Shown: piece after piece, positions 1-13,000 of the stretch
Layout: each line of letters starts with the position of its first letter
How positions within the stretch are numbered: the stretch's first letter is position 1
Source: Cenococcum geophilum
Taxonomy: Eukaryota
NCBI GenBank assembly: GCA_050273025.1
Contig: CP158635.1
Span: forward strand, 26,970,001-27,034,000
DNA length: 64,000 bases
Direction: 5' to 3'
Notes under the pieces: model-generated
Databases searched by the model: none
What the model saw: the letters and a program-made list of their open reading frames with translations, nothing else
What the model was told of the DNA's origin: nothing
Translations under genes and position numbers: made by a program

Positions 1-124
1 AACTGTCTGACCTTAGAGCAACCCCTTTCTTCTAGACGACAATTAACTACTAACTTCAACACCGCATACGTACCACTACAAGTGATATTCGTGCACGTTA
101 ATAAAGCGAGTTATACCGACAGTA

Positions 125-752
125 AAATAGAAATGGAGTATTTATAGGAATAATATAGAAAGTAATATATCCTAAGGGGGTTTAGACCCTAATTGTGCCA
201 AAAGAGATTATAGTACCCTTACTAAAACAAATTATATATTAGCCTGCCGTTAAATAGTTAATCTAAATAGAGTTATTAAACTGCTAAAGGGCTTAAACTT
301 AAGGTTCTCCTACTATAGATACTCCTGCGGCTCTAGTATCTGGCATAATATTATAAAAGATATTTATTAAGTATCTATTGTTAAAGGAGAACGCAAAGCT
401 CTCCTTTAGCTTATTAAAGATATCTAACTTTATAATAGAATGGAGCGTAGATTAGTTATTAAGAATAGTAATAGTTTGTATACCATCTACCTTACTATAC
501 TTAGTGAAGTATTAGTTAGAAAAGTAGTTTTTAATTTCTATATCTATAAGGAGCTATTTAGTCTTATTAACCTTACCCTTAAAATCTTTTACGCCTTTAT
601 ATTAAACTAGGAAGCTTTAAAAGTAGGCTATAGTAACTTTATAATTTCTAATATTTCTTATACTCTAACGGAACTTATTATATACCTCTTTTCGCTTATT
701 AAGGGAGTATCTAGTTAACTAGTAATTTAGCTTCTTATAAATATAGCACTTT
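125..752 (-). mobile_element. Copia-like LTR retrotransposon gag-pol remnant (Zn-knuckle to protease), RIP-mutated
   Basis: The minus strand reads KCYIYKKLNY*LTRY (de-RIP KCYICKKPNCWSTRH), then IMPDTRAAGVSIVG (DTG-type aspartic protease motif) and YITFYIIPINTPF. It is nearly identical to the + strand copy starting at 5199. Confidence 0.8.
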
Positions 753-1049
753 CATTAGCAAAATATGGTACCCTTTTAATGGCCTCAATGGTTGGTGGTT
801 GACGCAATTGGCGCGTAGTTGAGGGCATTTAGCAACTCGACCGACTAGCCTATATCGTGTTTTTTTAACACGCAGCCTGCGCGCAACCTGCCAGTAATCT
901 ACGTATTTGGCAACCATAATTATATTTACCTCTTTTATACTAATAATATATTTTAAATAAATAAAAGCTATTTTAAAGCTATTTATAAGGCTAGTAAAAT
1001 AAATATTATTATTTTAGATAATTTAATATAATATAGCGATGGTTCTCTT

Positions 1050-1450
1050 CTACCTATCTACCTATTAACTTACCTACCTGCCTACATCGCCTACCTATTT
1101 ACATCACCTACCTATCTATATCTACCTGTCTATATTTGCCTACCTATTTATATTTACCTACCTATCTATATTTACCTACCCGTTAGTATCTATCTACCTA
1201 TCTACATTTACTTACCTGTCTATATCTACCTACCTATTTATATCTACTTATCTATATCTACCTACCTATCTATATCTACCTACCTGTTAGCATCTACCTA
1301 CCTATCTATATCTGCTTGCCTATCTATATCTACTTACCTATCTATATCTACTTACCTATTTATATCTACTTACCTATCTACATCTACTTACCTATCTATA
1401 TCTACCTACCCGTTAGTATTTACCTATTTATACCTACCTATCTATACTAC
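1050..1450. repeat. Degenerate pyrimidine-rich minisatellite (tacctacctatctatatc-like)
   Basis: Visible ~20-bp periodic CTAC/CTAT repeats. Confidence 0.85.
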
Positions 1451-1505
1451 CTTAATTTAATTAATTAATTAAATCGTTTATAGTGTTAGCTAGCTAGTTA
1501 TTATT

Positions 1506-2305
1506 ATCTAGCTCTAGCGACGGTTGTCTAGTTCTAGTAATAGTTATCTAGTTCTAGCGACGGTTGTCTAGCTCTAGCAATAGTCGTCTAGTTTTAATAA
1601 CGGTTGTCTAGTTCTAGCGACAGTCGTCTAGTTCTAGTAACAGTCGTCTAGCTAGCGACGGTCGTCTAGTTCTAGTAACGGTTGTCTAGTTCTAGTAACG
1701 GTCGTCTAGCTAGCGATAGTTATCTAGTTCTGGCGATAGTTATCTAGTTCTAGTAACGGTTGTCTAGCTAGCGACGGTTATTTAGTTCTAGTAACGGTCG
1801 TCTAGCTAGCGACAGTTATCTAATTCTAGTGACGATTGTCTAGCTCTGGCAACGGTCGTCTAGTTCTAGTAATAGTCGTCTAACTAGCGACGGTTGTCTA
1901 GTTCTGGCGACGGTCGTCTAATTCTAGTAACAGTCGTCTGGTTCTAGCGACGGTCGTTTAGCTCTAGCAACGGTCGTCTAGTTCTAGTAATAGTTATCTA
2001 GCTAGTAACAGTTATCTGGTTCTAGCGACGGTCGTCTAGTTCTAGTAACGGTCGTCTAGCTAGCGACGGTTATCTAATTCTGGCGATAGTTATCTAGTTT
2101 TAGTAACGGTTGTCTGGCTAGTAACAGTTATCTAGTTCTGGTAACGGTCGTCTAGCTAGCGACGGTTGTCTGGTTCTAGCAACAATTATCTAGCTCTGGC
2201 AACGGTCGTCTAGTTCTAGCAACAATCGTCTAGCTAGTAATAGTCGTCTGGTTCTAGTAACGGTCATCTAGTTCTGGCAACGGTCGTCTAGTTCTAGTAA
2301 TAGTC
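1506..2305. repeat. Minisatellite of ~18-21-bp units (ctagttctagcgacggtcgt-like)
   Basis: Dozens of copies that differ mainly by RIP-type transitions. Confidence 0.9.
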
Positions 2306-2437
2306 CTCTACTAGCTGCCGTTCTGGTACCTCCCTAGGTAGGGAGGATATAAAGAAGGAAGAAAGGGTAAAAAATAAGGTGGCTATATAGGGTAGAGGTA
2401 CGTGTAGAGGCTATTGGGAATATAGCGGGGACCTAAT

Positions 2438-2779
2438 GCAGAGCTTCGTGTAGAGCCTCTATACGTAGAGCTTCGCGTAAAGCCTTGTGTAGAGCCTCTA
2501 TACGTAGAGCTTCTCGCAAAGCTTTGTGTAGAGCCTCTATACGCAGAGCTTCGCGTAGACCCTCGCGTAGACCCTCGCGTAGACCCTTATGCAGAGCTTT
2601 ATGCAAAGCTTCGTACAGAGCCTCTATACGCAGAGCTTTATATAGAGCCTCGTGTAGAGCCTTATGCGAAGCTTCGTACAGAGCTTTATACAGAGCCTTT
2701 ATGCATAGAGCTTCGTATAAAGCCTTTATATATAGAGCTTTGTATAGAGCTTTGTGTAGAGCCTTATATAGAGCCTCTA
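2438..2779. repeat. 12/15-bp tandem repeat (agagcYtYRYRt)
   Basis: Direct inspection. It generates the spurious 99-aa ORF 2485-2784. Confidence 0.85.
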
Positions 2780-2904
2780 AGTAATAAAACTATAAGATTA
2801 TATAAGATTGTATAAGATTATATAAGATTATATATAATAGTTAAATATATAGTATATAACTTTACCTTAATCGTACGTTAAGAAATATACAGTTAGCTTT
2901 TAAA

Positions 2905-3215
2905 GTTATTAAGTAGGTTAACTGCATATTAAGTTAGTTAAATTATATATTAAGTAGGTTAACTACGTATTAAGTTAGTTAAATTGCATGTTAAGTAGGT
3001 CAACTACATATTAAGTTAATTAAATTGCATGTTAAGTAGGTTAACTGCGTATTAAGTTAGTTAAATTGCATATTAAGTAGGTCAACTACGTATTAAGTTA
3101 GTTAAATTGCATATTAAGTAGGTTAACTACGTGTCGAGTTAGTTAAATTGTATATTAAGTAGGTTAACTACATATTAAGTTAGTTAATTGCGTGTCAAGT
3201 TAGTTAAATTATATA
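2905..3215. repeat. 41-bp (20+21) subterminal tandem repeat
   Basis: ttaagtaggttaactgcata / ttaagttagttaaattgcatg alternate about 7 times. Confidence 0.85.
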
Positions 3216-3280
3216 TTAATTACGCGAAACGCGAAAACCAAAGTCTACTTAAATCTTATCCTGCGAATATTTTCCTAATG

Positions 3281-4300
3281 TTTTTTAGTAATTATTTTAA
3301 AATAAACCTCTATAAGGACCTTTATAATTACCTTATAATTAACATTAATTATACCCTTTACCGTATTCCCTACCACGGCCGCTATATATTTAATTAGTCT
3401 AGTTATAATTATATTGGTTAAGAATATTTAGTTAGGTAGGGCTTTTAGTATAAAGCTGTTAAGATTCTTATATTTGCATTATAGTACCTATAGCAGAGCG
3501 TAGCTCGGCATATACTCCTTTAAATGTATTTATAGGTTTATATAGCGCTAAGTTACACTTAGGAACGCTATAGCATGCTAAGATAACCTAGTCCCTTAAG
3601 CTATTTTTATTTTAGTAAGTTTTAATAAGTCCGCGTTAGATTTTCTAGAGTTTATTAAAGAGTAGTTAAAGGTACTTTAAATAAGTCTTTATTAGGTTAG
3701 AAGTAATAACTCTCTAAAATATAGTCTTTCGCCATTTAGATATATAAAGTTAGCGATTTTTATTAGTCTTAAAGTGGGCTCTAGTAAGCTAAAGTATTAT
3801 ATTAAAGCTATAGTTTTTACCCGTAATATAGTTATAATAAAATATTACTACCTGTCCCTTTAATATAATAGAGAAAGCGTGGTGGTACTAGTGGTATTAA
3901 ATTTTAACCTTATTATAACAGTTATAGAAGACCTATAGTTTTACTCTAAGTATATTATATAATTCTCCTTTAAACTTTTTCTCTTTATCTAAATATACCT
4001 TTATTAATTTGTAACTTCTTATAATAGAGGGTTACTAGTTAGCTAGAGTAGAGGAGCTAAAGGCAGTAAAGGTAGAGGACGAGTACCTCTAGGTGGAAGT
4101 GTACCTTTAGGTAAGAGAGTAGCGTTCTAGGGTTTTATTCCAAATTAAAGTTGCCTTTTAAAGAATATAGGTTAGTTCTGGGTTTCCGTAGTTAATATAT
4201 AATCTTAGCTTCCGTCTATACTAGTTCTTTTATACTAATAATAACGGCCTAAATATTGCTAGTAATTAGGTTACTATTCTTAGTAACGTATACCCTATTC
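3281..4300 (-). mobile_element. Copia-like gag remnant, RIP-mutated
   Basis: The minus strand reads FKGELYNILRVKL*VFYNC...YHHAFSIILK...SLRD*VILACYSVPKCNLALYKPINTFKGVYAELRSAIG, typical of the fungal Copia-like gag family. The upstream boundary is approximate. Confidence 0.75.
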
Positions 4301-4975
4301 CTATAGAGGAAGTCTTAAAAATCCTAAACAATATTAATATTGCTAAGTGCCTAAGTATTAGCGGTCTATTCTATAAAATCCTCCCTAAAATATTTTTATA
4401 GCTGTATATTGGTATAGTGTTTACTTTAGTAGAATATAATACGGTGTAGGAGAAAGCTATTAACTTATTTTATAGTATAAGTTATTATATTAAAGGTAAA
4501 TTTATTTTAATTTTTATTAATAAGTTTCGCGTATAAAGCTACCCTTAGTAGTAAGAAGTCTTCCTAGTTATTTAAAGTAGGCGTAGCTATATTTTTAGAG
4601 GGAGGGAAGTGTTATTAGTATAGGGATTGTTATTTAGTACGCGTTCGTAATATATATTTATCGTTTAGTACGCGTTTATAATGTATATTTATAATTATAG
4701 GGCTTAGGACTAGTTTTAGCCTTAAATTATAAAGACTTATAAAGCGTGTTATTCTACGTAATAGACGTAAGAATCTATAATCTTAAAAAGGCTTAGGACT
4801 AGTTCTAGCCTTTAGATCCTTAAATTTATAGAAGAGTTCTATTTAAGGTTTAAGACTAGTTTTAACCTTAAAAGATAGCTTCCTTTAGCATAAGTAGCAC
4901 TGGTATAGTAACTTATCTCTTTTTAGTAATACCTAGCTGTTTTATAATATAACAGTGAAGTTAACTACTAATTAG

Positions 4976-5198
4976 TGTTGGACTTATAAGGGGATATTAC
5001 GTAGCTATAGTTTGTAGATAGTATAATAATTATTATTCTTATTAATTAATTCTTAAAGAAAGGGGTAAGGAACTTAAGGTTCCTTACTACGCTAGTGCCG
5101 CGGCAGTATATAATGGCAACTTACCGTACATAATAGCAACTTACTACACGTGGTAGTAATATACCTTATATAGTAACTACTTGCCTTTATTCCTAACA
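4976..5198 (-). repeat. LTR (223 bp), probable 5' LTR of the minus-strand Copia element
   Basis: tgttgg...ctaaca termini (TG...CA, RIP-altered inverted ends). It lies upstream of the minus-strand gag and abuts a truncated pol frame of a second copy. Confidence 0.65.
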
Positions 5199-5663
5199 GG
5201 TACTATAATCTCTTTCGGTATAATTAGGGTCCAACCCCTTTTAGGATATATTACTTTCTATATTATTCCTATAAACACCCCGTTTCTATTCTATATTAAG
5301 GATATAAATAAATTAGGCGTTAAGCTTAATAACCTTAAGAATATACTTATATAGGGAGATAATTGGGTACCTGTTATACATAAATAGGGTTACCCTTAGT
5401 TACTCCTTTAATAACTAGAAAAGAGTATTACTTAAAGCTATTTAACTAAGTTAGAGTTATACTAACTACACCGCTATTTTAGTTACCTATTAGTTTATTA
5501 ATTGCTTAGGGTTCTTTAGCAAGTAGGTTATAAAGTTAAAATTAAGGCAATTAAGCATCTTATAAAGTACTACTATTACTACTAAATAAACTAGAAGTCC
5601 CCTAGCCGATTTAAGTTTACCCTTAAAAATAACTATAACTTTAACTTCTATATTATTATTAAC
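5199..5663 (+). mobile_element. Second Copia-like pol fragment (protease C-terminus, GAG-pre-integrase, start of integrase), truncated at both ends by insertions
   Basis: Reads GTIISFG...TPFLFYIKDINKLGVKLNNL...K*GYP*LLL...LHRYFSYL...KSPSRFKFTLKNNYNFNFYIIIN and then stops abruptly. Confidence 0.8.
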
Positions 5664-6009
5664 TCTATTAAAAAAGAAAATGGAGATCTAACTGCCGGTT
5701 TTGGAGGGTTCTGTCGCCGTTTTTAGAGGTCACGTCGCTAAAACTCCCTACCGCCCTAAGCCTCTTGCTTACCGGTCTAACGTTAAGCCTCTTACTTACC
5801 GCCCTATGCCCCTTGCTTTTTAATAGGCAGACTATAATCCTTTTATACGCCTAGCGCTAAAGCTATATATACTCCATAGCTCCTACCTCTAATCCGTTTA
5901 ATCTAGGCCCCGTTTCTCTTATTCTCTACCCTCCTATCTCCTTAACCCCACATTGCTCTTTATATCCTTCCCGCCGTTATTACCCTAAGTTCTCTTCTAG
6001 CTCCCTAGA

Positions 6010-8533
6010 ATACGGCACGCTCAATTATTAGATTATAGCTCGTTATTTAGCGTTACTAACAATAAGTACATAGATATAGATAGCGATGGTAACAGCTACG
6101 GGACAGAACCGACCGTCTTCGACAGTAATACCGATAGTGATGCCGATAGTAACGCCGACTACGACGCCGATAGTGGCATTAACTATAACGCTAATAGCAT
6201 TGCTAGATCTAACGATGCTTATAAAGCGCCCGCTTAAGTATAGCTTTATAAGGATTAAGACTATCTACTAGAATACTACCTTAAACAGTTAGTGGAGTTT
6301 AAGGAATCCGATTTTACGACGCAGGACTATGCCGATGGTAGTACGAATCTCCTTAACCGCATTAAAGAGCACTGGTATTAGTAAGTAATAACCTATTTAG
6401 CGGCTTCCTCTTAGGCCTAACTTGGCGGAGAGCTAATAATTTCTAGATACTGCACCTATATAGGGAAAGACCCCGAGAAAACATACCGAGTCCTCTCGCT
6501 TTAACTCCTTTATAGCTTCTTTAACTGGTTTCTAAATTAGAAATAAGGGAAAGGGGGTAGGAAATGGCGCGGGACAAAGGCTTCTAGCTCGCTTAGCTTA
6601 TACTAAAAGTACTATCGCCTTATATATAAGAAAGCGACTAATAAGAAAATTCCTGGCAAACTAAACCGCCAGATATATAAGGTAATTACGTTTTTAGTTA
6701 ACCCTTTAACCTAGTAAGGTAAGGCGGAGCTAAGATATCTTTCTTAGGTACTTTGGAAACTAGCGAAGAAATATAGCTTAAGCAAGAAAAAGTGAGAAAA
6801 GACTGTTATGGACGTGGAGGATCTCGCCCTAGTTTTTAAGACTAACTTAGTTATAATAAGGAAGAGATATATAGTTAGACGACATTAGATGCAAGTCTAT
6901 TTCTTACTATAGCTAGGCTTTTACACTATAAGCCGACCTAAAGCTTTTCTTAATCTATGCTACCGACATATAATGGTTACACTTATTTATAACCTAGAAG
7001 GCGGGCCTTATAAGATCGTGCTTAAGTTTATATTTGAATTTACTAAGGAATATCTTGGCATAAAAGAAGCGTACGTTTTCTTTCTACCCTATTCCTCTTA
7101 CCTTATGCTTATAGAGAACTAGTAATACTTTCCCAATTCCTGAGATTATCTTCGACCCTTTACTTATTCTTAGCCCTTACGTCTTTCTCCTAGGCCTTCT
7201 CTTTGCCGACTAAGCTTTTACACCCCCTAATCTAACGTCTATAAAGCAGCTTAGCAAGCTATATATTAAGCCTAGGCGTAATAAGTTGCCGCTACCACTC
7301 CGTTTAGACCTAGATAATATCCCTATATTTTAGCGATTGATTAAAACCCCCTACGGCCACAAGGTCTCACTTGACCAGCCTTTACTATACTTAACTCTTT
7401 TGCCCTAGATTAAGGACCTTAGCGTAATTACGGGATTTCGGTAGGTTGTGCGCCCATATAGTCTCCGTTACGGCGTAGGTAAGGCATTTAATAAAAATAA
7501 TAAGTTCTATTGTATAGAGCTAGTTCTACTAAAACCTTTCTAACGCCTATACTACCTAGGTAATATAAGTAACGCCCTTTGGAACCTAATAATGCAGCAC
7601 GCCGACGCTCGAACATTCCTAAAGCACTACCTTCTATAGCGTGTTGGCGTAGATATATAGGCAATCGTTCAAGGCTTAGAGCCTTAAGAAAAGTTAATAA
7701 AAGCGGTATACTAAATAAGCCGATTAATTAACCCGCGGCGGCCATAGTACCTAATAACAGAATAATCCTTATCGGTAAATAAGAACCCGCGCATTTATAC
7801 CTTAATCGAAATTCGAAATAAGCTAAAGCTTAGCCTTAAGCGCAAAACTATAGGAAGTATAGAATACTAAAAACTTAGCCGAGAAATCATAAATAAAAGG
7901 TAACGTTAGAGAAATGCGCTATTGGAAAATATTAAGAAGAATTAGGACAATAAATAAGCTATAATTAACATTAAACGGCAACTTTCTGGGGATAAATTTA
8001 GTGAGGATATTAAAGCAACCTTGGAATCTAGTAATAATAGATTAGTTAAACACAAACGCCTTATCCAAGCAATTATAACGCTTCTTGGCGTGTCACTAGA
8101 AGATAAAATATATAGACGTAATAATGCCATTAATACAGTCGTAGATTACTGCAATGTTAAGGAAGGCAGAGTATATCGGCGGAATTATTACTAGAGACAG
8201 TCTAGGACAGATATTGCCCTTGGCAAAGTTAAGATTAAAGAAGATACTAAGATTTTAGAAGTGGCTAAAGCGCTAGAGAGGGCAAAGTCATCTTTATATA
8301 AGGAGAAAAGACCAAAAATATACTTTATCTGCCTTAGGAATAAAAAGCTCGCAATCAGCAAGCGTATATACAAGTTCTATACTCCGACTGCTCTTATAAA
8401 GTATTTCCAACAAGTGCATCTCTCTAAACTCCTATAGTAGGGTGAGATTAAATGCAACGTTTACGAAGTGACCCTTTAGTATAAAATGCATCTTTAAAAC
8501 TATGCGTTCCTTATATATGGGACCTTTTCCTAG
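6010..8533 (+). pseudogene. DUF3435 tyrosine recombinase (Starship captain) with C-terminal C2H2-like Zn finger
   Basis: Acidic N-terminus, then EYYLKQL..QDYADGSTNLLNRIKEHW, SRPKA (R), FEFTKEYLG (K), PYSLRYG (R), NLIMQHADARTFLKHYL (H,Y), SRLINPRRP, and CFICLRN...KMHL*NYAFLIYGTFS*. Several GT..AG introns. The start ATG is RIP-changed to ATA. Confidence 0.88.
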
Positions 8534-10029
8534 TCATTACGCGCTTATCTTATTATTCTTTGCCACTTTTTATTTTATTTTAGTCTGTTATCATCCAATC
8601 CTATTCTAGTATTTAGTAGAGTAGATGCAATGACTAGGATTCTATAATTCGTCTAGGGGGGCGAGAGGTAATAGGTAAGGTGAGGGTAAAGTAAAGGATA
8701 AGGTAAAGGATAAGATAAAGGGTTAGGTAAGGGGTAAGGTAAGGGGTAAGGGTAAGGGTTGGTTATATACTTTACCTTAGGTAAACTAGTTTTGGTAAGG
8801 AGCTGTTAGAGTTTAAATTCTATATAGATAATATAGCTCCAACCCGTAAGTAAATAAGGGGAAAATTATACCCGTTCTGATTAGCATACAACCACATATA
8901 ATAGCAAGCTAAGGTAAAACTAGAAAGCTTAATTAGAGATTGCTTTAAAGCGGACTAATCCAAAATGGACTACTTAAGCCTATAAGCGAGAGAGGCATTA
9001 TAAGCTAAGAAACGACTTAGGAATATAATACTAATTAAACTTTGCCTAATATAGCTTAATAGAGTGTAGAGCCTTAATCTAAGCTATGGGAACGTATCAC
9101 CCTATTATATAACCACTAATAATAGGCACGACGCCAGGTAGACTATCCTACTATAAGTTTAGGGGGGACACCCTAAGAGGATATTTCTACTCCGGATGGC
9201 ACTAGAGTGAAATTAGTCTTAGGGTAATACTCCTAGGCTATTGGTCCTAGGCGCCACGACTATATACTTTCTACGGCCGGAATATTTTTTAAGCTGTATA
9301 TTTTTTATAGGCCGCTATTACTAGTACCTAGCTCCTAGAAGTTCAAGGCTCCTAAAACGCTATTTCTAGGACTTAAAACTTCCTAAAAGTCTAAGGATTT
9401 TAGAAGACTAATCCTAGGACCTAGAAGCTTCTAGGGGACTATTTCTAGAACTTAGAGGCTTCTAGGAGACTATTCCCGGAAGCCTACTAGGAGATTATTC
9501 CTATAAGGGGGCTACCTAAGCGGGCTAGCCGCCCTCCCTATTAGTTTCAGGGGCATTATAGTTATACCCACACTATTTTCGTAGGATATTACTATATTGC
9601 TACTAGAACTGACGTATATATATATATATATTCTATTATAGCTATATACTATCTAGGGTATAGGCCGTTATAGAGCGCTAACTAAATACTTCCTGCTATT
9701 AATATACTTGCTCTAGTTTAGAAGCCAACTATAAGAACTATATATCTATTACCTAACACCATACTTAACTAAGGAAAAAATAAAGGAAAGTAATATATTA
9801 TTATTAAAGAAAGTCAGAGTTTAAAGGCGAGCCTAAATAAGTAGTTTTTGATACCTTATGTCTGTAGGGCTATTCCAGCATTATATGCTTCTTAATTAGC
9901 GACGCACTAATAGAGGCACGTATAGAGGAGGCTCGCGGTATATTCGGTTAGATAATTAAAAGAGGAATTCTTAAGAGTCTTCGCTTATTAATATCGGCTT
10001 CTATACTCTCTATATTTTATACACTTAAG

Positions 10030-13000
10030 TATAAATATCCGGTCTCCTTTATAAATTTAATTATAGCTTTAACTACGCTAATATCTGGCTTCTAGCGCTT
10101 AATTAGGCCGTTAATATTTCTGCCTCCTTCTTATCTATATAAGTAGCCTCCTAATGCATATAATAGATCCCCAAATCGATCTCTATATTACTCTCTTAGT
10201 TTAATTCTCTACTGCGCCCACCTCCTACAAGAGAAGAGGAAGTGCTATATTAACTCTATAAGCCTATAGTTATATAACGCCATCTCTAATGCATTAATTT
10301 TATAGAGATATTCCTTTAGAAATAACTTACCAATCCGTAGCTGCGTAAGGATAGCAGCTTCTAAGCTAATTAGCTACTGGTATAATCCTACAGCCTTTCT
10401 AAGGTAAAGTGCTATATCAATCTTCCTTATAAACTTGCCCGTATTAGATCTTCCCAATAAAAGCGGTCCTATTATTATCTTAGCTCTTTTTAATGCTTGC
10501 GTTACAAGGTACCATAAAAGGCCGTCTCTCTATAGTAGCTCCTCGCTCTTTAGTCTTATTACTACTTTAGCAAGCTTATTAGCCTTCTCATTTCCCATAA
10601 ATCCTAAATGGCCTAGAATTTAGTATAGCGTAATATTATTTAGCTAAAGCTTCTTTAAGATCTCTATAACTATTTCCTAGCAGGCTTTAGCCCTCTAGCT
10701 CTATACTAATAGTAACACTAATTACAAGTTAAAGAATATTCTTATACTAGATACAGGTATTAGAAAACCTACTTAGTTAATAGCCGTGCACGTAGGGTCC
10801 TATGGCTAGTTAGCTGCCTCACTAATTACTAAAAGCTTTATAAGGTGGGCGTCGGCCTAATTAGAGCTCGCCACCGTTTTCGAAAGCATTACTTTAAATA
10901 GTATAGCATATACACCAACTCCTACCCTACTATTACGCACCAATATATTAATATATATATCAACCTGCCCTAGCTTATAGTCTTTAATAATAGCTTAAGT
11001 ATAATCTTCGTCCTTATATATTACTACGTTAGGCTTAGCCACCTACGGCGGGCATATATACGGTTTAACCTCCAGCACCCCATTTACCTAGACATCCTTA
11101 TATATCTCTACTATCCTCTAAAGCGGTAATTGGTGCCATCTATAGAGCCTCTGTCTTTAAATCATCTAATAAGGATATAATTTGCCTAGTTTATAAATTA
11201 ACGCCTAGAACGCAATAGCCTAGTTATATAGCCTTTACTTAAGAGGGAGTAAGCTAGCTTTTACTTCCGCTATTAGTAGGGCGATAAAGCGGAACCCCCT
11301 AATAATAGCTTATACCGTAATCCTCTGCGCCTACTAGAGGAGCTATATTAACTCTTATATCGCAAGCGGGTACTATATTAGCGATATATAGTCTGCTATT
11401 AGTAGGACTAAGCTCTTAGCTAGCTACTTAACGCTCTTAAACTACAGTCCCTTTAATCTACATAACGCTAGCGCCACCTTAGTAGCTTTGCCTGCCTTAT
11501 CCGCTAAGTACGCCTTAAACCGTAGCTCCTTATCAAGGATCACCCTAAGGATTTTAACTTCCTAAGTCGGGGGGATCCCTTTTCCTTTAAATTAGAGCGG
11601 CGTAGTGGCATCCCTACCTACTTCTTTATATCTAGTAAGGTAGATAAATAATATTTTCTTCGCTTTAAATTGGGCTCCACTAGTCCTCTCCCATTTCTTA
11701 AGCATCGGTATAATCTCGCCCTAGATAATCTGTGTGTTTTCCTCCGCTATAGGGCCTATAATCTATACCAAGTAGTCGTTAATAAAGGCTATAGAGCTAC
11801 CATTTCTGGGTGCGCTTTATATAAGATCCGCGTTAAAGAATAGAAAAAGTATTAGGGCTAGTACTAATCCCTACAAAAGACCCGCCTATAGGAGCGCCTA
11901 TACCTCTAATGTATATCCATTAACTAAGATATAGGCTTAACGGTTTGTATAAAAGTCCTATACCTATTATATAATTATCTGAGGTATCTAACGCTGCCGT
12001 AATCTCCTAATTTCCGGCTCTATGGCCATATTATTATACGCACCCTTAATATTAAATAATACTAGAGATAGCGTCTTCTTTCCTCTCTACGCTCTAAATA
12101 TATCCTTATAGAGATACAATAGCGTATATATCGTTAACCTTTGCTTCCTAGCTCCGAAGTATATCTTAGGTAGTAGGCTATGTTCCTCTACTAGGTATAC
12201 TATCCTCTCTACCACTAGCAATTTAAGTGCTTTTCCTAGCGTTAGGAGGAGGGAGATCGGCCTATAGTTATTTGCTACTATATAGTCCCCCCACTTTAGC
12301 TTCTATAGTGGTATAATCTTTACTACCTTCTATTCCTAGGGTACCTTTCCTATCTTAAGTAATTTGGTAAAGAGAGTAGTAATCTCACCACTTAGTACGG
12401 GCTATAGCTCTCGCCACACCCTAGCTAGTAGGCCGTCCCTTCTAGAAGCCTTATCTGGGCTAGCCTTAAATATAGCTGCCTTAACCTTATATTTGGCGAT
12501 AGGCTCCTATAGCAATTAGTTATAGCTAGTTATAACTTCCTCCTCTTATTTACACGGCGGTGGGACCAGAAAAAATACCTAGAGTAGTTCTCTTATAATA
12601 TTGTAGTTCTCTATAACGACCTCTCCCTATCCTCTATCCTTCTTAATTAGCGGTATTTTAGCGAACGTAGATATAGCCTACGGATTAAGGTATTTCGACG
12701 CTTTCTATATATTGTTACTATTACTAAGGAATTCGTTCTAATGGAGCTTCCTATATCGCTGAATAGTCCTATAGAAGAGCTTCTTCGTTCTTACTACAAC
12801 ATTATATAGCTTAGGGTCGTCCCTTCCTTACCTCCGCATTGCGCTATTCCTATTCCTCTAGTATATATATAACTTCCTCAGCGTTATAAGGTCTTCGTTC
12901 CACCATCTTTTTATATATAGTAATAATCTAGCCCATTAGCAGTGTGCTTTAAGGGCTTTATTAACCTACCTATTAAGGCAGTTAACTATTTCGTCTATAT

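Larger units (their letters stand above)
753..3280. mobile_element. Non-autonomous TIR DNA element (CACTA/EnSpm-like) filled with tandem repeats, inserted in Copia gag
   Basis: 13-bp inverted ends cattagcaaaata (753) and tattttcctaatg (3280). Removing the element plus a 2-bp TT duplication restores the Copia frame NY(Q)KKCY. The superfamily assignment is inference. Confidence 0.65.

Noticed and set aside
1..124. Possible TA-flanked DNA transposon end truncating the Copia frame
   Set aside because: Only one end is visible, so it cannot be verified.
2485..2784. 99-aa ORF (RASIRRAL repeats)
   Set aside because: By-product of a 12/15-bp minisatellite inside a non-autonomous element.
6086..6271. 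61-aa ORF, and the minus-strand ORFs 7942-8130 and 8191-8373
   Set aside because: Alternative-frame or antisense shadows of the captain gene.
8680..8765. Telomere-like ggtaag/gggtaa repeats
   Set aside because: Irregular purine-rich low-complexity tract, not a TTAGGG array.
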